This document shows positions 33,588 to 46,561 of a DNA stretch of 64,000 nt, one piece after another. The notes beneath the pieces are model-generated. The model saw only the letters and a program-made list of their open reading frames with translations, had not been told where the DNA came from and did no database searches. Where the stretch lies: positions 30,878,001 through 30,942,000 of the forward strand of contig CM059432.1 of NCBI GenBank assembly GCA_030390025.1. The letters are read 5' to 3'. The DNA comes from Squalus acanthias (lineage: Eukaryota). Within the stretch, counting starts at the first letter, position 1; every line of letters begins with the position of its first letter. The translations under genes were made by a program, and so were the position numbers.

Positions 33588-36484
33588 CTCTACTGATAAA
33601 GCCCAGGATCCCGTAAGCTTTTTTAATCTCTATCTCAACCTGCCCTGCCACCTTCAACGATTTGTGCACATACAGCCCTCAGATCTCTCTGTTCATGCAC
33701 CCCCTTTAGAATTGTACCCTTTAGTTTATATTGCCTCTCCTCGTTCTTCCTACCAAAATGTATCACTTCGCACCTTTCTGCCTTAAATTTCATCTGCCAC
33801 GTGTCCGCCCATTCCACCAGCCTGTCTATGTCTTCTTGAAGTCTATCACTATCCTCCTCATTGTTCACTATACTTCCAAGTTTTCTGTCATCTGCAAATT
33901 TTGAAATTGTTCCCTGTACACCCAAGTCTAAGTCATTAATATATATATCAAGAAAAGCAGTGGTCCTAGTACTGACCCCTGGGAACTGTGTACCTTCCCC
34001 CAGTCCGAAAAATAACCGTTCATCACTACTCTCTCTTTCCTGTCATTTAGCCAATTTCGTATCCAGCTGCCACTCTCCCTTTTATTCCATGGGCTTCAAC
34101 TTTGCTGGCAAGCCTATTATGTGGCACTTTGTCGAACGCCTTTTGGAAGTCCACATACACCACGTCAACCGCATTGCTCGCATCAACCCTTTGTTACCTC
34201 ATCAAAAAACTCGATCAAGTTGATTAAACACGATTTGCCTTTAAAAAATCCGTGCAGGCTTTCCTTAATTGATCCACACTTGTCCAAATGATTGTTAATT
34301 TTGTCCCTGATTATTGTTTCTAAAAGCTTCCCCACTACCGAGGTTAAACTGACTGGCCTGTAGTTGCTAGGTTTATCTTTACACCGTTTCTTGAACAAGG
34401 GTGTAACATTTGCAATTCTCCAGTTCTCTGGCACCACCCCCGTTTCTAAGGAGGATTGGAAAATTATGGCCCGTACCTCTGCGATTTCTTCCTTCACTTC
34501 CCTTAGCATCCAAGGATGCATCCCATCTGGAACTGGTGACATATCTACTTTAAATATAGCCAACCTTTCTAGTACCTCCTCTTTATCAATTTTTATCCCA
34601 TCCAGTATCTCCTCTACCTCTCCTTCACTATGTCTATGGCAGCATCTTCTTCCTTACAGATGCAAAGTACTCATTTAGCACCTCAGCCATACCCTCTTCC
34701 TCCATGCATAGGTCTCCTTTCTGATCCCTAATCAGCCCCACCCCTCCTCTTACTACCGTTTACTATTTATATGACTTTTGGATTCCCTCTTATGTTATCT
34801 GCCATTCTATTCTCATACTCTCTCTTTGCCCCTCTTATTTCCTTTTTCACTTCCCCTCTGAACTTTCTATATTCAGCCTGGTTCTCACTTGTATTCTCAA
34901 CCTGATATTTGTCACACGCCCCCTTTGTCTGCTTCATCTTACTCTCTATCTCTTCCGTCATCCAGGGAGCTCTGACTTTAGTTGCCCTACCTTTCCCACT
35001 CGTGGGAATGTACCTTGACTGTACCTGAATCATCTCCTTTTTAAAGGCAGCCCATTGTTCGATTACAGTTTTGCCTGCCAATCTTTGATTTCAATTTACC
35101 TGGGCCAGATCGTTCTCAACCCACTGAAATTGGCCTTCCTCCAATTAAGTATTTTACTCTAGATTGCTCCCTGTCCTTTTCCATAGCTAATCTAAACCGT
35201 ACGATACTATGATCACTGTTCCCTAAATGTTCCGCTACTGACACTTGCTCCACTTGATCCACCTCATTCTCCAGAACCAGATCCAGCAATGCCTCCTTCC
35301 TCATTGGGCCGGAAACGTACTGATCAAGAAAGTTCTCCTGAACACACTTCAGAAATTCTTCACCCTCTCTGCCCTTTACACTATTACAATCCCAATCTAT
35401 ATTAGGATAGTTGAAGTCCCCCATTATCACTACTCTACAGTTCTTGCAATTTCCCCCCAAATTTGCTCCTCTATATCCTTCCCATTAGTTGGTGGCCTAT
35501 AGAATACACCTAGTAGTGTAATGGCACCTCTATTGTTTCTTAATTCTAAATTAATAGATTCGGTCCTTGACCCCTCCAGGATATCCTCTCTCTCCGCACT
35601 GCAATATTCTCCTTCATCAAAACTGCCACCCCACCTCCTTTCTTTCCTTCCCTATCTTTCCTGAACACTTATATCCAGGAATATTTAGTACCCAATCTTG
35701 CCCTTTTTTGAGCCACGTCTCCGTTATAGCCACATCATATTTCCATGTGGCTATTTGCGCCTGCAGCCCACCAACCTTATTTACTCTGCTTCGTGCGTTT
35801 ACACACATGCACTGTAAACCTATCTTAGACCTTTTTTTATTCTCTCTTAGTCTGACCCCACCTAATACCATGCTATTTCTTACTCTAGTGCTATCTGTCT
35901 CTCCCAATCCTTTGTGCACCTTGTGTCTCCTTTCTAATGCTACATTCTGGTGCCCATCCCCCTGCCAAATTAGTTTAAACCCTCCCCAACAGCACGAGCA
36001 AACCCCCCCCCCTCACCACGATGACATTGGTCCCAGCTATGTTGAGGTGCAACCCGTCCGGCCTGTACGGACTTGGGTCTGACTGTACTCCCCAGAAGAA
36101 CCATCGCCCTCACCAGTATTCAGTACTGAATACTGGTTAGAGAGTGAGATGCACTCAGGGGACTCCTGCACTACCTGCCTGGTCCTCCTTGTCTGTCTGA
36201 CGGTCACCCATTCCCTCTCTGCCTGCACACTCTTATGCTGCGGGGTGACCACCTCCAGAAACGTGCTATCCACATAGCTCAGAGCCTCATAGATGCACCA
36301 CAGTGACGCCAGCTGCTGCTCAAGCTCCGAAAACATTTGGTCCTTTGAGCCTGCTCCGCCATTCAATAAGATCATGGCTGATCTTCTACCTCAACTCCAC
36401 TTTCCTGCACTATCCCCATATCCCTTGATTCCCTTAATATCCAAAAATCTATCGATCTCTGTCTTGAATATACTCAACGACTGA

Positions 36485-37226
36485 GGGCTGGATTTTGAAT
36501 GACCCATGGAGTCGGGTTTGGAGGCGTGTGGGGGGTTAAATTTGCGGGGTCGGGGGCCCCGACCCCTTCCCGACTCCATCCCGCCTCCACGCAATTTTGA
36601 CAAAATCAGTTGCGGGGTTTCCGACTCCGTCCCGCCTCCAAAAGGCGGGAGAGGCCATTAAAGCCCTTAACAAGCTTTAAATTGGCTCTGTAATGCAATT
36701 TTGAAATGTTTTAGCTAGTTTAACCCTTTTCTGACGTGAAGCACACCTGGTGTGAAACACTCCAGTGAAACCTGGCGGGAGCACAAGTGGATAGCTGACT
36801 ATCGGCTGCAAGTCCACTATTACAACAGAGATGTGATGAAGGTAGTAGTGTGAAAGTCGCGTCTGATGCTGCTGCATTGAATGTGTTCAGAGACTGCATG
36901 GCATTTGGTGTGAGAGGACTCTCTCTCTCTCTCTCTCTCCCTCCCTCTCTCTCTCTCTCTCTCTCTCTGTCCTCCCCCCACATCTTGCATCGAGGTCCAC
37001 TCACATCAAAGGCAAGCCTCAGTCTAGACAGTCAGCAATGATGACATCATCAGAGGCGACTTTCAGACTGAAACCACTAATTGGTTCATGGGTTCCCACA
37101 TGCTAGAACTCAATTGCCCAATTAAGTGAAAATTGCATCATTCATCCACATTAATCTGGAGTCGGGGGGGCAACACGAAATGCGGATGACACGACCCCAA
37201 CCCGACCCCAAGACAAAATCCAGCCC
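36485..37226. mobile_element. Harbinger MITE (GGGCTGGATTTT ends)
   Basis: TIR GGGCTGGATTTTG / CAAAATCCAGCCC; exact TGA duplication; right part similar to 46365-46561 of element D. Confidence 0.93.
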
Positions 37227-37391
37227 TGAGTCTCCACAGCCCTCTGGGGTAGAGAATTCCAAAGATTCACCACCCTCTGAGTGAATAAATTTCTCTTCAT
37301 TTCAGTCTTAAATGGCTGACCCCTTATTCTGAGACTGTGACCCCTGGTTCCAGACTCCCCAGCCAGGGGACACATCCTCCCTGCATCTACC

Positions 37392-39255
37392 TTTTTTTTC
37401 ATTCGTTCATGGGATGTTGGCGCCGCTGGCAAGGCCAGCATTTATTGCCCATTCCTAGTTGCCCTTGAGAAAGTGGTGGTGAGCCGCCTTCTTAAACCGC
37501 TGCAGTCCATGTGGTGAAGGTACTCCCACAGTGCTGTTAGGTAGGGAGTTCCAAGATTTTGACCCAGTGACAATGAAGGATCGGCGATATACTTCCAAGT
37601 CAGGATGGTGTGTGACTTGGAGGGGAACTTGGAGGTGGTGGTGTTCCCATGCGTCTGCTGCCCTTGTCCTTCTAGGTGGTAGAGGTCGCAGGTTTGGGAG
37701 GTGCTGCTGAAGATGCCTTGGCGAGTTGCTGCAGTGCATCTTGTAGATGGTACACACTGCAGCCACGGTACGCCGGTGGTGGAGGAAGTGAATCTTTAAG
37801 GTGGTAGATGGGGTGCCAATCAAGCAGGCTGCTTTGTCTTCGATAGTGTCGAGCTTCTTGAGTGTTGTTGGTGCTGCACTCATCCAGGAGAATATTCCAT
37901 CACACTCCTGACTTATGCCTTGTAGATGGTGGAAAGGCTGTGGGTGGAAAGGCTTTGGGGAGTCAGGAGATGAGACGCTCGCCGCAGAATACCCAGCCTC
38001 TGACCTGCTCTTGTTGCCACAGTATTTCTGTGGCTGGTCCAGTTAAATTTCTGGTCAATGGTGACCCCCCAGGATATTTATGGTGGGGGATTCGGTGAAG
38101 GTAATGCCGTTGAATGTCAAGGGGCAGTGTTTAGACGCTCGATTGTTGGAGATAATCATTGCCTGGCACTTGTGTGGCACGAATCCTACCTGCCACTTAT
38201 CAGTCCAAGCCTTAATGTCGTCCAGGTCTTGCTGCATGCAGGCATGGACTGCTTCATTATCTGAGGAGTTGCGAATGTAACTGAACACTGCAGTCATCAG
38301 CGAACATCCCCACTTCTGACCTTATGATGGAGGAAGGTCATTGATGAAGCAGCTGAAGATGGTTGGGCCTAGGACACTGCCCTGAGGACCTCTTGCAGCG
38401 ATGTCCTGGGGCTGTGATGATTGACCTCCAATCACCATAACATTCTTCCTTCATGCTATGCACGACTCCAGTCAGTGGAGAGTTTTCCCCCCTGATTCCC
38501 ATTGACTTCAGTTTTACTAGGGCTCCTTGATGCCACACTCGGTCAAGTGCTGCCTTGATGTCAAGGGCAGTCACTCTCACCTCACCTCTGGAATTCAGCT
38601 CTTTTGTCCATGTTTGGACCAAGGCTGTAATGTGGTCTGGAGCCAAGTAGTCCTGGCGGAACCCAAACTGGGCATCAGTGAGCAGGTTATTGGTGAGTAA
38701 GTGCTGCTTGATAGCACTGTCGACGACACCTTCCATCAATTTGCTGATGATTGAGAGTAGACTGATGGGGCAGGTAGTTGGCCGGATTGGATTTGTCCTG
38801 CTTTTTGTGGACAGGACATACCTGGGCAGTTTTCCACATTGTCGGATAGGTGCCAGTGTTATAGCTGTACTGGAGCAGCTTGGCTAGAGGCGCGGCTAGT
38901 TCTGGAACACAAGTCTTCAGCACGATAGCCGGGATGTTGTCGGGGCCCACAGCCTTTGCTGTATCCAGTGCGCTCAACCGTTTCTTGATATCACGTGGAG
39001 TGAATCGAATTGGCTGAAGACTGGCTTCTGTGGTGTTACGGAGCTCAGGAGGAGGCCGATATAGATCATCCACTCAGCACTTCTGACTGAAGATGGTTGC
39101 AAATACTTCAGCTTTGTCTTTTGCACTCACGTGCTGGGGTCCACCATCATTGAGGATGGGGATATTCATGGAACCTCCTCCTCCCGTTAGTTGTTTAATG
39201 GTCCACCACCATTCACAACTGGATGTGACGGGACTCCAGAGCTTTGATCTGATCC
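37392..39255 (-). mobile_element. Second-family LINE, RT plus 3' end
   Basis: Poly(T) at 37392; QFGFRQ, ALDIKAALDRVWH, GPDNIP, SAAPTTLKKLDT. Confidence 0.92.
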
Positions 39256-40386
39256 ATGTCAAGCCCTGTAAGAATTCTGTATGTTTCAATGAGATCACCT
39301 CTCATTCTTCTAAACTCTAGAGAATATAGGCCTAGTCTACTCAATCTCTCCACATAGGACAATTCCCCCCATCCCAGGAATCAGTCTGTTGAACCTTTGT
39401 TGTAATCCCTCTATGGCAAGTATATCCTTCCTTAGGAGACCAAAACTGTGTACTATACTCCCAGGTGTGGTCTCACCAGGACCCTATATAATTGCAGGAA
39501 GACGTCTTTACTCTTAGACTCAAATCCTGTCTATATCCCCTTGAAGCCTCCTTGCATCATCCTCACAACTTACATTCCCACCCAGCTTTCTATCATCAAC
39601 AAACTTGGATATATTACATTTGGTCCTCTCATCCAAAATCATTGATGTAGATTGTGAATAGCTGAGGTCCAAGCACTGATCCTTGCGGTACTCCACTAGT
39701 TACAGCCTGCCAACCCGAAAATGACCCGTTTAATCCTACTCTCTGTTTTCTGTCCGTTAGTCAATCCTCGATCCATGCTAGTATATTACCCCCAGTCCCA
39801 TGAGACCTAATTTTGTTTAATAACCTCTTGTGTGGCACCTTATCGAATGCCTTCTGAAAATCCAAATACACCACATCCACTGGTTCCCCTTTTTCTATTC
39901 TGCTAGTTACAACCTCAAAAAACTCTAACAGATTTGTCAAACACGAAATCCGTGTTGACTCTGCCCAATAATATAATTATTTTCTAAGTGCCCTGTTACA
40001 TTATCCTTAATAATAGATTCTAGCATTTTCCCTACTACTGATGTCAGGCTAACTGGTCTGTAGTTCTCCGCTTTCTCTCTGCCTCCTTTCTTAAATAGTG
40101 AGGTTACATTTGCTACCTTCCAATCCGCGGGAACCGTTCTAGAATTAATGGAATTTTGGAAGGTGATAACCAATGCATCCACTATCTCTTTTGCCACCTC
40201 TTTCAAAACCCTAGAATGTAGACCATCAAGTCTAAGGGATTTATTAGCTTTCAGTCCCATTAATTTCTCCAGTACTATTTTTTTACTAATAATAATTTCT
40301 TTCAGTTCCTCATTCTCGCTAGGCCTTTGGTTTTCCACTATTTCCAGGAAGTTTTTTGCGTCTTCTTCCATGAAGACAGACACAAA

Positions 40387-41138
40387 GGGCTGGATTTTGT
40401 CAATGGGAAGCTTTTGGAGGTGGGACTGCTGCTTGCCGGCTTTCAATCCCGCCTCCATCAGCTTCTGGCCAACCAGCGGGATTTTCCCCTGATTGACCTT
40501 GTTAAGCCCGCCCAGCGGGCTCAGCAGGCCAATTAGGGGGAAGTCAGTGACAGAGCACGTCAACGTATGACGTGCCATCTGTCAAGATTTTTTGAAAGAA
40601 GCAATGTCAGCATTTGACAGCTCTGTGAAGCTGTCAAACACTGACATTCTGTGTAGTTTGATGAGCCCTTGTGTTCAGGACTCATCAAACCTTTCAACTT
40701 TGCAGAAATCACCTGGCTGTTGGTTCGGAGGATCCAACAGCCAGTCTGTGAAATCTACAGTGGAGATGTCGGGACTCCGGCTCCACAGCGGCTGAAGGCT
40801 GTAGGCAGAAACAAAGGTAAGTGAACATTTTTTAACACTTTACACTCACCTTACATACTTACCACTCCACACTTGCACCCATCACTCACCTCTACATTGC
40901 ACTTTCGGACCCCTCCGACCCCCGCAGACCTCCTAATCATCTCCTACACCCTGACGGGGTTCCCCGAGGTCGGGAAGCCTGCACTTCGGATGGAAAAATG
41001 GTGCTAATCCTATTTTCTGCCTGTTAACTACCTGTTAGGCGGGTTGGGGGCAGGCTTGCCACCCGCCCCCAAATTCTGCAACTTTATCGGCAGTCCCGCC
41101 TCCATACCCGCTTCCTCGGGACTGACAAAATCCAGCCC
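40387..41138. mobile_element. Harbinger MITE (GGGCTGGATTTT ends)
   Basis: 16-bp TIR GGGCTGGATTTTGTCA / TGACAAAATCCAGCCC; exact AAA duplication. Confidence 0.94.
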
Positions 41139-42685
41139 AAAGTATTTGTTTAATTTCTCTTCATTTCCTTATTCCCCATTATAATTTCTCCTGTCTCAGC
41201 CTGTAAGGGACCCACATTTATGTTTGCTAATCTTTCCCTTTTTACATACCTATAGAAGCTTTTACAATCCGTTTTTATGTCTCTCGCTAGTTTACTCTCA
41301 TATTCTATTTTCCCTTTCTTTATTAATTTCTTGGTCCTCCTTTGCTGAATTCTAAAATCTTTCCAATCCTCAGACTTACTATTCTTTTTGGCAACATTAT
41401 AAGCCTCTTCCTTTGATCTAATACTATATTTAACTTCTCTTGTTAGCCAAATATTATTTCAACAGCAATCCCTTTGACCTGGAACCACACAACGTTATCT
41501 TGTGTGCTAGTTAATTTTCTCATTACGTGTTACACAGGAAAAGTACGTTTACAGCAGCTCAGCTGACAGAAATTGTGATGGAAGATGGAGCCAATCTGGG
41601 ATTGTGTAATTTTATGGATGCATTATTTTTAAAACAGTTTCAATCTAAATTGGCAGAGATTTGTTTGCTCATGCAGTTGGCTTTTTCTGTGGTTCATGTA
41701 TAACTGACCCCACATGTTTGAGGTTATTTGGTTCAATGTAACCACTGTCACTACTAAATTGATTCAATGCCCTTTTGTTGTGTGTCAGCCTTGACTCAGT
41801 GGTAGCACTCTCGCCTCTGAGTCAGAAGGTAGTGAGTTTAAGTAATTGTATGTACCTGGTCTGGTTTGTAATATTTTTGTATCCTAAATAGGTTTTAGTG
41901 CACAAATTAGCGCAATTAGACGTGGGCCTTCTCGTCTTCTTCAGGTCCATTCATGGGAAGCACTGCAAGAACGTTGAAAGAAAAAACGGCATATTAAAAT
42001 TCTGAACCAATAAAAGCTTGAAGCCTTTTCTTCAAAAATGATGCTTAATAAATGAGCGGCCAATAGGATGGTTGAAGTGGAAAATGAAAAAATGCCACAC
42101 AGGTGCAGCCATTGGTTCTCTATTTAGACTGGGGTTGACGTTCATTGTTGGGGCAAAGTAGGAAGAGTTTTATTTAGTATCTAACTCTGCTATACTGGAT
42201 CTGGGAGTGCTTGATGTTGATATTGAGTGCGCAAAATGGGACCATGCTCCATTTCTCAGCATTTACATCCCTTGCCTTGGTAAGCACAATATTCACCAAA
42301 AAAAGTCAGAAAAAGAATCATGTTGCATATTTCTTGTTGTTACATTGTTAGTTGACATTATATTGTTTTGAGAGATCAATTTACCATTGGCAGTAAACTG
42401 CCCTGAAAAAAGAAACAGATTGGTGTACAGTGTGTTAGCTTGCCTCAGTTGGTAACACTCTCACCCCTCAATCAGAAATTTGTGAGTTCAGAACTTGAGG
42501 ATGTATGGATAAATTCATTAGTCCCACAGTCCCAATGGAGAAATGTGCTCAAAGGAAGCACTGGCAAAAGATATGGCTCCAGCACAGTAGTGCTGAGTTT
42601 CCAACACATTCCCTTTGAGTGCAGCTCCCTGCTGGGAGTATGGGATCAGTGATTTGCCCTATAATCTAAGCTGACCTAATCATAG

Positions 42686-43148
42686 GTATCAGCAGTGGCT
42701 CAGTGGTAGCACTCTCACCTCTGAGTCAGAAGGCTGTCAGTTCAAGTCCCACTCCAGAGACTTGAGCCCAAAATCTGGGCTGACACTCCAATGTACTGAG
42801 GGAATGCTGCACTGTCAGAGGTACCGCCTTTCAGATGAGATGTTAAACCGAGGCCCTATCTGCCCTCTCAGGTGGACGTAAAAGATCCCATGGCAATGTT
42901 TCAAAGAAGAGGGGAGTTATTCCTGATATTCTGATCAATATTTAACCCTCAACCAACATCACTAAAAAAACAGAATTCCTAGACATTATCACAGTGCTGT
43001 TTGTGGGAGCTTGCTGTGTGCAAATTGGCTGCTGTGTTTCCTACATTACAACAGTGATTACACTTCAAAAGTACTTCATTGGCTGTAAAGCATTTTGGGA
43101 TATCCTGAGGTCGTGAAAGGTGTTATATAAATGCAAGTCTTTCTTTCT
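42686..43148 (+). mobile_element. Full-length Deu-domain (SacSINE1-like) tRNA SINE nested in an older copy (~42432-43460)
   Basis: A box TGGCTCAGTGG, B box GTTCAAGTCC, Deu core GATGAGATGTTAAACCGAGGCCC..GTAAAAGATCCCATGGC, tail TATAAATGCAAGTCTTTCTTT. Confidence 0.92.
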
Positions 43149-44449
43149 GACATTCCAGTTCAGTACTGAGGGAATGCAGCATTGTCGGCGTACTGCCTTT
43201 TGGATGAGATGTTAAAGCTGCCCAGGTAGATGTTCAGGATCCCACATTGTTATCTGAGGAACAGCAGAGAAATCTTGCAGTGTCCTGGACAATATTCCAC
43301 CCTCAATAAATACCACCAAAAATAGATTCACTGGCAATTCGTGACATTGTTGACTCTAATACATGATTGATGCATGTCGGCTGCCATATTTGTCCACATA
43401 ACAGCAATCACTGCATACAATGAATTGATAAGCCACTGTATAAATGCAAGTATTCCTTTCTTAAGCAATAGTTGGGCTAAAACTGTGGCTAATTGTCCCA
43501 AAATACTCTCAACATCCTCAGGCAAAATAACTGTGCCAGTTATCGTTGGCACATCAGCTGGTCTGTTGTTTGTTCAACTGACTCCACAAAACTTCCATTA
43601 TTGAACTTGAGAACTTGCAACACGAGCCTCTTAAAACATGGGAACTGACAAAAGAAACTATTAAAAGCCTTATCAATAAAACATGTGTACAGACTGGAGA
43701 GTAGAACAGGCACGGCACTAATTAAGTTAAATAACTAAGTTCATTAAAATTAAATGGATGGAGAGGATGAGGAAGACTTGGTTAAGGAGCTGCATGCTCT
43801 GCTTTGCCCAACTAATTCTCGTTAGAAACTGCCACCTACTCAGACAATGAATAATTCAAAACTGCCTGGTACTATTTCAAGTTTCAAGCAATGCAAACAC
43901 AAGTAATGAAAGGGTAGTGAAGACTATCCTGGTTCTGTTAACTGGAAGGGGTCCAGCCTGCCTGAGTCCTTACTTCAGTCTTTTTTAACACTAGATTATA
44001 CTGAATTGTTACTGGTCTACATGTCTATCTACATTGGGGTACTGCCACTAGCGTACTCAAGCACATCTGTGAATGCAATAATGGAGTACAGAAGTGCTAG
44101 TGCTGTATTTCTGTACAGATGGTATAATGGGTTTTTACCACCATAGTTGAAGATGGGGATGTTTATGGAGGTTCCTTTTCCTGCTCGTTACTTGATGGTC
44201 CACCCATCATTCTTGGCAGAAAATGACAGAGCTATATAACATAGTTCTGATCCGTATAAAATCTAATACTTTCTGTATTCAGCTCGCAGGCAATCAGGTC
44301 TATTAGCTTCACTAGATTGATGCTTCATTCTAAGGTATTCCTGGTGTTGTTTCTGGCACATCCTTCCACACGCCCTATTAAACCAGGGTTGATTTCCTGG
44401 CTTTTTGGTGAGGAAGAAGTGAGCAATGGCAGCAGTGCCACACTACTCT

Positions 44450-44630
44450 AGTCTCTCCTCCTTTAAGACTCTCCTAAAAACCTACCTCTTTGACGAAGCT
44501 TTTGGCTATCTGCCCTAATATCTTCTTATGTGGCTCGGTGTCAAATCTTGTTTGATATTGTTCCTTCAAAGTGCCTTGGGACGTTTTACTACATTAAAGG
44601 CGCTATAAATACAAGTTGTTGTTATTGTTA
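44450..44630 (+). mobile_element. L2-type LINE 3' end
   Basis: Reverse complement of 27888-28060; TTG-repeat tail. Confidence 0.8.
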
Positions 44631-44734
44631 CGAGGAGAAATGACACAAACTAGGGTTGTATTCCCTGGAATTTAGAAGGTTAAGGGTGATTTGATCGAAG
44701 TTTTCAAGATATTATGGGGAACAGATAGGGTACT

Positions 44735-46561
44735 CCAGAGGACTTCCATGAAGGTCTGGTTTCTATGCTCAATAGCTGACCATCGCTCCTCAAGAGATGT
44801 CATTCTATTCTGAACAATGACCATGTTTTCAAGACCCTGGCGACTAAGCTCCTCCATGGCCGTAGCCATCCTCTCCTCTACCGTAGCCATCCTCTCCTCT
44901 ACGGTAGCCAGCCTTACCATGGAGTTAGCCATCCTTTCCATGGAGGTTGCCATCCTTTCCGTGGTGATGTGTTCATGCGCCAATGCCTCCACAAAGGCTC
45001 TGCTCATGTTCGCGATGGACTCCTCCATTCGCTCCACACTCACAGCGACCCTGGAGACAAAACCTGCCAGAGACTCCTGCACCTGTTCCTGGAGTTCCAG
45101 CACTGCTCTCCTGGATGGACCCGGAGGCAGAGGGTCGATATGCAGCTGATCCTCCAATGAGGACACTCCACTGCTGTCCCTGTCTCCACCATCTGCTGAT
45201 GCTCACTTGTGAGCTGTGATACACCAGGTGCCAACACTACTCTATCTCGCGAAGGTCCCACCGAGGTGTGAGTGTCTGCGCTGGTGCTGGGTGCGCTGAA
45301 TTCTGCTGACGCTGCGCCCTCAGAGGTTGCAGCTTCCTCTGAGGAGTCTGGAATCTCAGGCTCTTCTCCTGGACAGTGGGGACGGGGGCTTTCGATAGTC
45401 CTGTGGGGGAGTAAAGGAAAGAGTTAGAGATGTGAGGTCAAGGTTACATGCACATTGAATAGTGCAGATGATCATAAGTCAATCTGTGAGAGCATCAGAT
45501 TCATTATCAGTGACTCATGCAATGTCAATGAGAGAGATGCCAAACTATTCTGTCACCAGCTTGCTGTGATGCGCCCGTCTGTCCGTCCCCCACTTGGGAA
45601 TCCTCCTCGATCCCGGCGATTTCCAGGGCCGCCTTCTCCCAGGCGGTGAGCTGGGCTACTGAGGGTGGCCCTCCTCCTGTCACAGCTCTTTCCCTCTTAT
45701 TGTGGGCTCTCTTTTCCTGCAATGAGGGACACAAGTGGAGTTTGAGTGAGAATGAAGGAGTGAGTGTAGAGAATGCATAGCATAGATGCCTAGAAGGAGA
45801 CAAAGGGCCCTCCCTGTGTGTTGTAAGTTGTTGTTGTTGTTGTCACATCACAGTGATAGGGAGTGTGAGGACTACATGGTCAAATAGTTAAGTGAATATG
45901 ACCATAAAGAGAGAGGCAATAGGTAAGGGTGCAGGGATGTAAGTCTCAAGTGGGATGTGGAGGAAGAGGTTAGCAAAGCAGAGTGCTGGTGAGGAGAGGC
46001 GATGGGGATCAGATTGAAGGAGATGGGAAAGTCATACTCACTTTTCCTGTGCGGAGAAGGTCATGAAACTACTTCCTGCATTGCAGCCAGGTTCTGCGCC
46101 TCATCGATATGGAGTTGACCTCCTGGTCCACGTGCAGCCACACAGCTTTAGTCTGCTGGGGTACCTTTTTTCTCACTGAGGAAGGGAAGAGCACCTCCTT
46201 ATTCGATCTTGCTCCCTCCACTAGAGCTTGGAGGGAGGGCTCATAGAAGCGTGGAGTACACTTTTGCCTGCTGGTGGACATAGTCGATCAATGAATTCCT
46301 TACTACAATCACCATAAAGTTTGCAGTCTCCAGAAGAAGCAAGACTGCTTGCAGGCCTTAAATCCAGCAGCATTGATGACGTCATCGGAGGCGACTTTCT
46401 GTATGAAAAGACTCATTGGGCCAGGGGTTCCCACATGCTGGAAATCAATTGCCCCATTAGGGGAAAATCGCACTTTTTCCCCACTTCATTTCAGAGTCGG
46501 GGTCCTGACACGATTTCCACCTGACACGCCCCAGCCCGCCCACACTGGCAAAATCGAGCCC
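44735..46561 (-). mobile_element. Truncated Harbinger element D (Myb-like pseudogene only)
   Basis: End AAAATCGAGCCC at 46561; exon 1 MSTSRQKCTPRF..WLQCRK*FHDL, exon 2 EKRAHNKRERAVTGGGPP, exon 3 with heptad repeats. Confidence 0.88.

Larger units (their letters stand above)
31023..36335 (-). mobile_element. Long decayed CR1 LINE (ORF1 remnant, endonuclease, RT) with two nested insertions
   Basis: ATAGAATC tandem tail at ~31025; RT pieces 33635-34563; endonuclease MGDFNYPNIDW, NARSRVNK; ORF1-like ELEQQLASL..EWVTVR..LSNQYSVL. Confidence 0.93.
36336..41450 (-). mobile_element. CR1 LINE interrupted by two MITEs and a LINE
   Basis: CR1 sequence rejoins across 36485-37226, 37392-39255 and 40387-41138; RT motif NYRPVSLTS in ORF 39937..40578. 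Confidence 0.92.

Noticed and set aside
33037..33669. 210-aa ORF, and similar fusions at 14419..15411, 39937..40578, 62109..62567
   Set aside because: Chance read-through across insertion junctions between unrelated elements.
42690..42760. tRNA gene
   Set aside because: A and B boxes belong to a SINE head; no full cloverleaf or terminator, and the SINE body follows.
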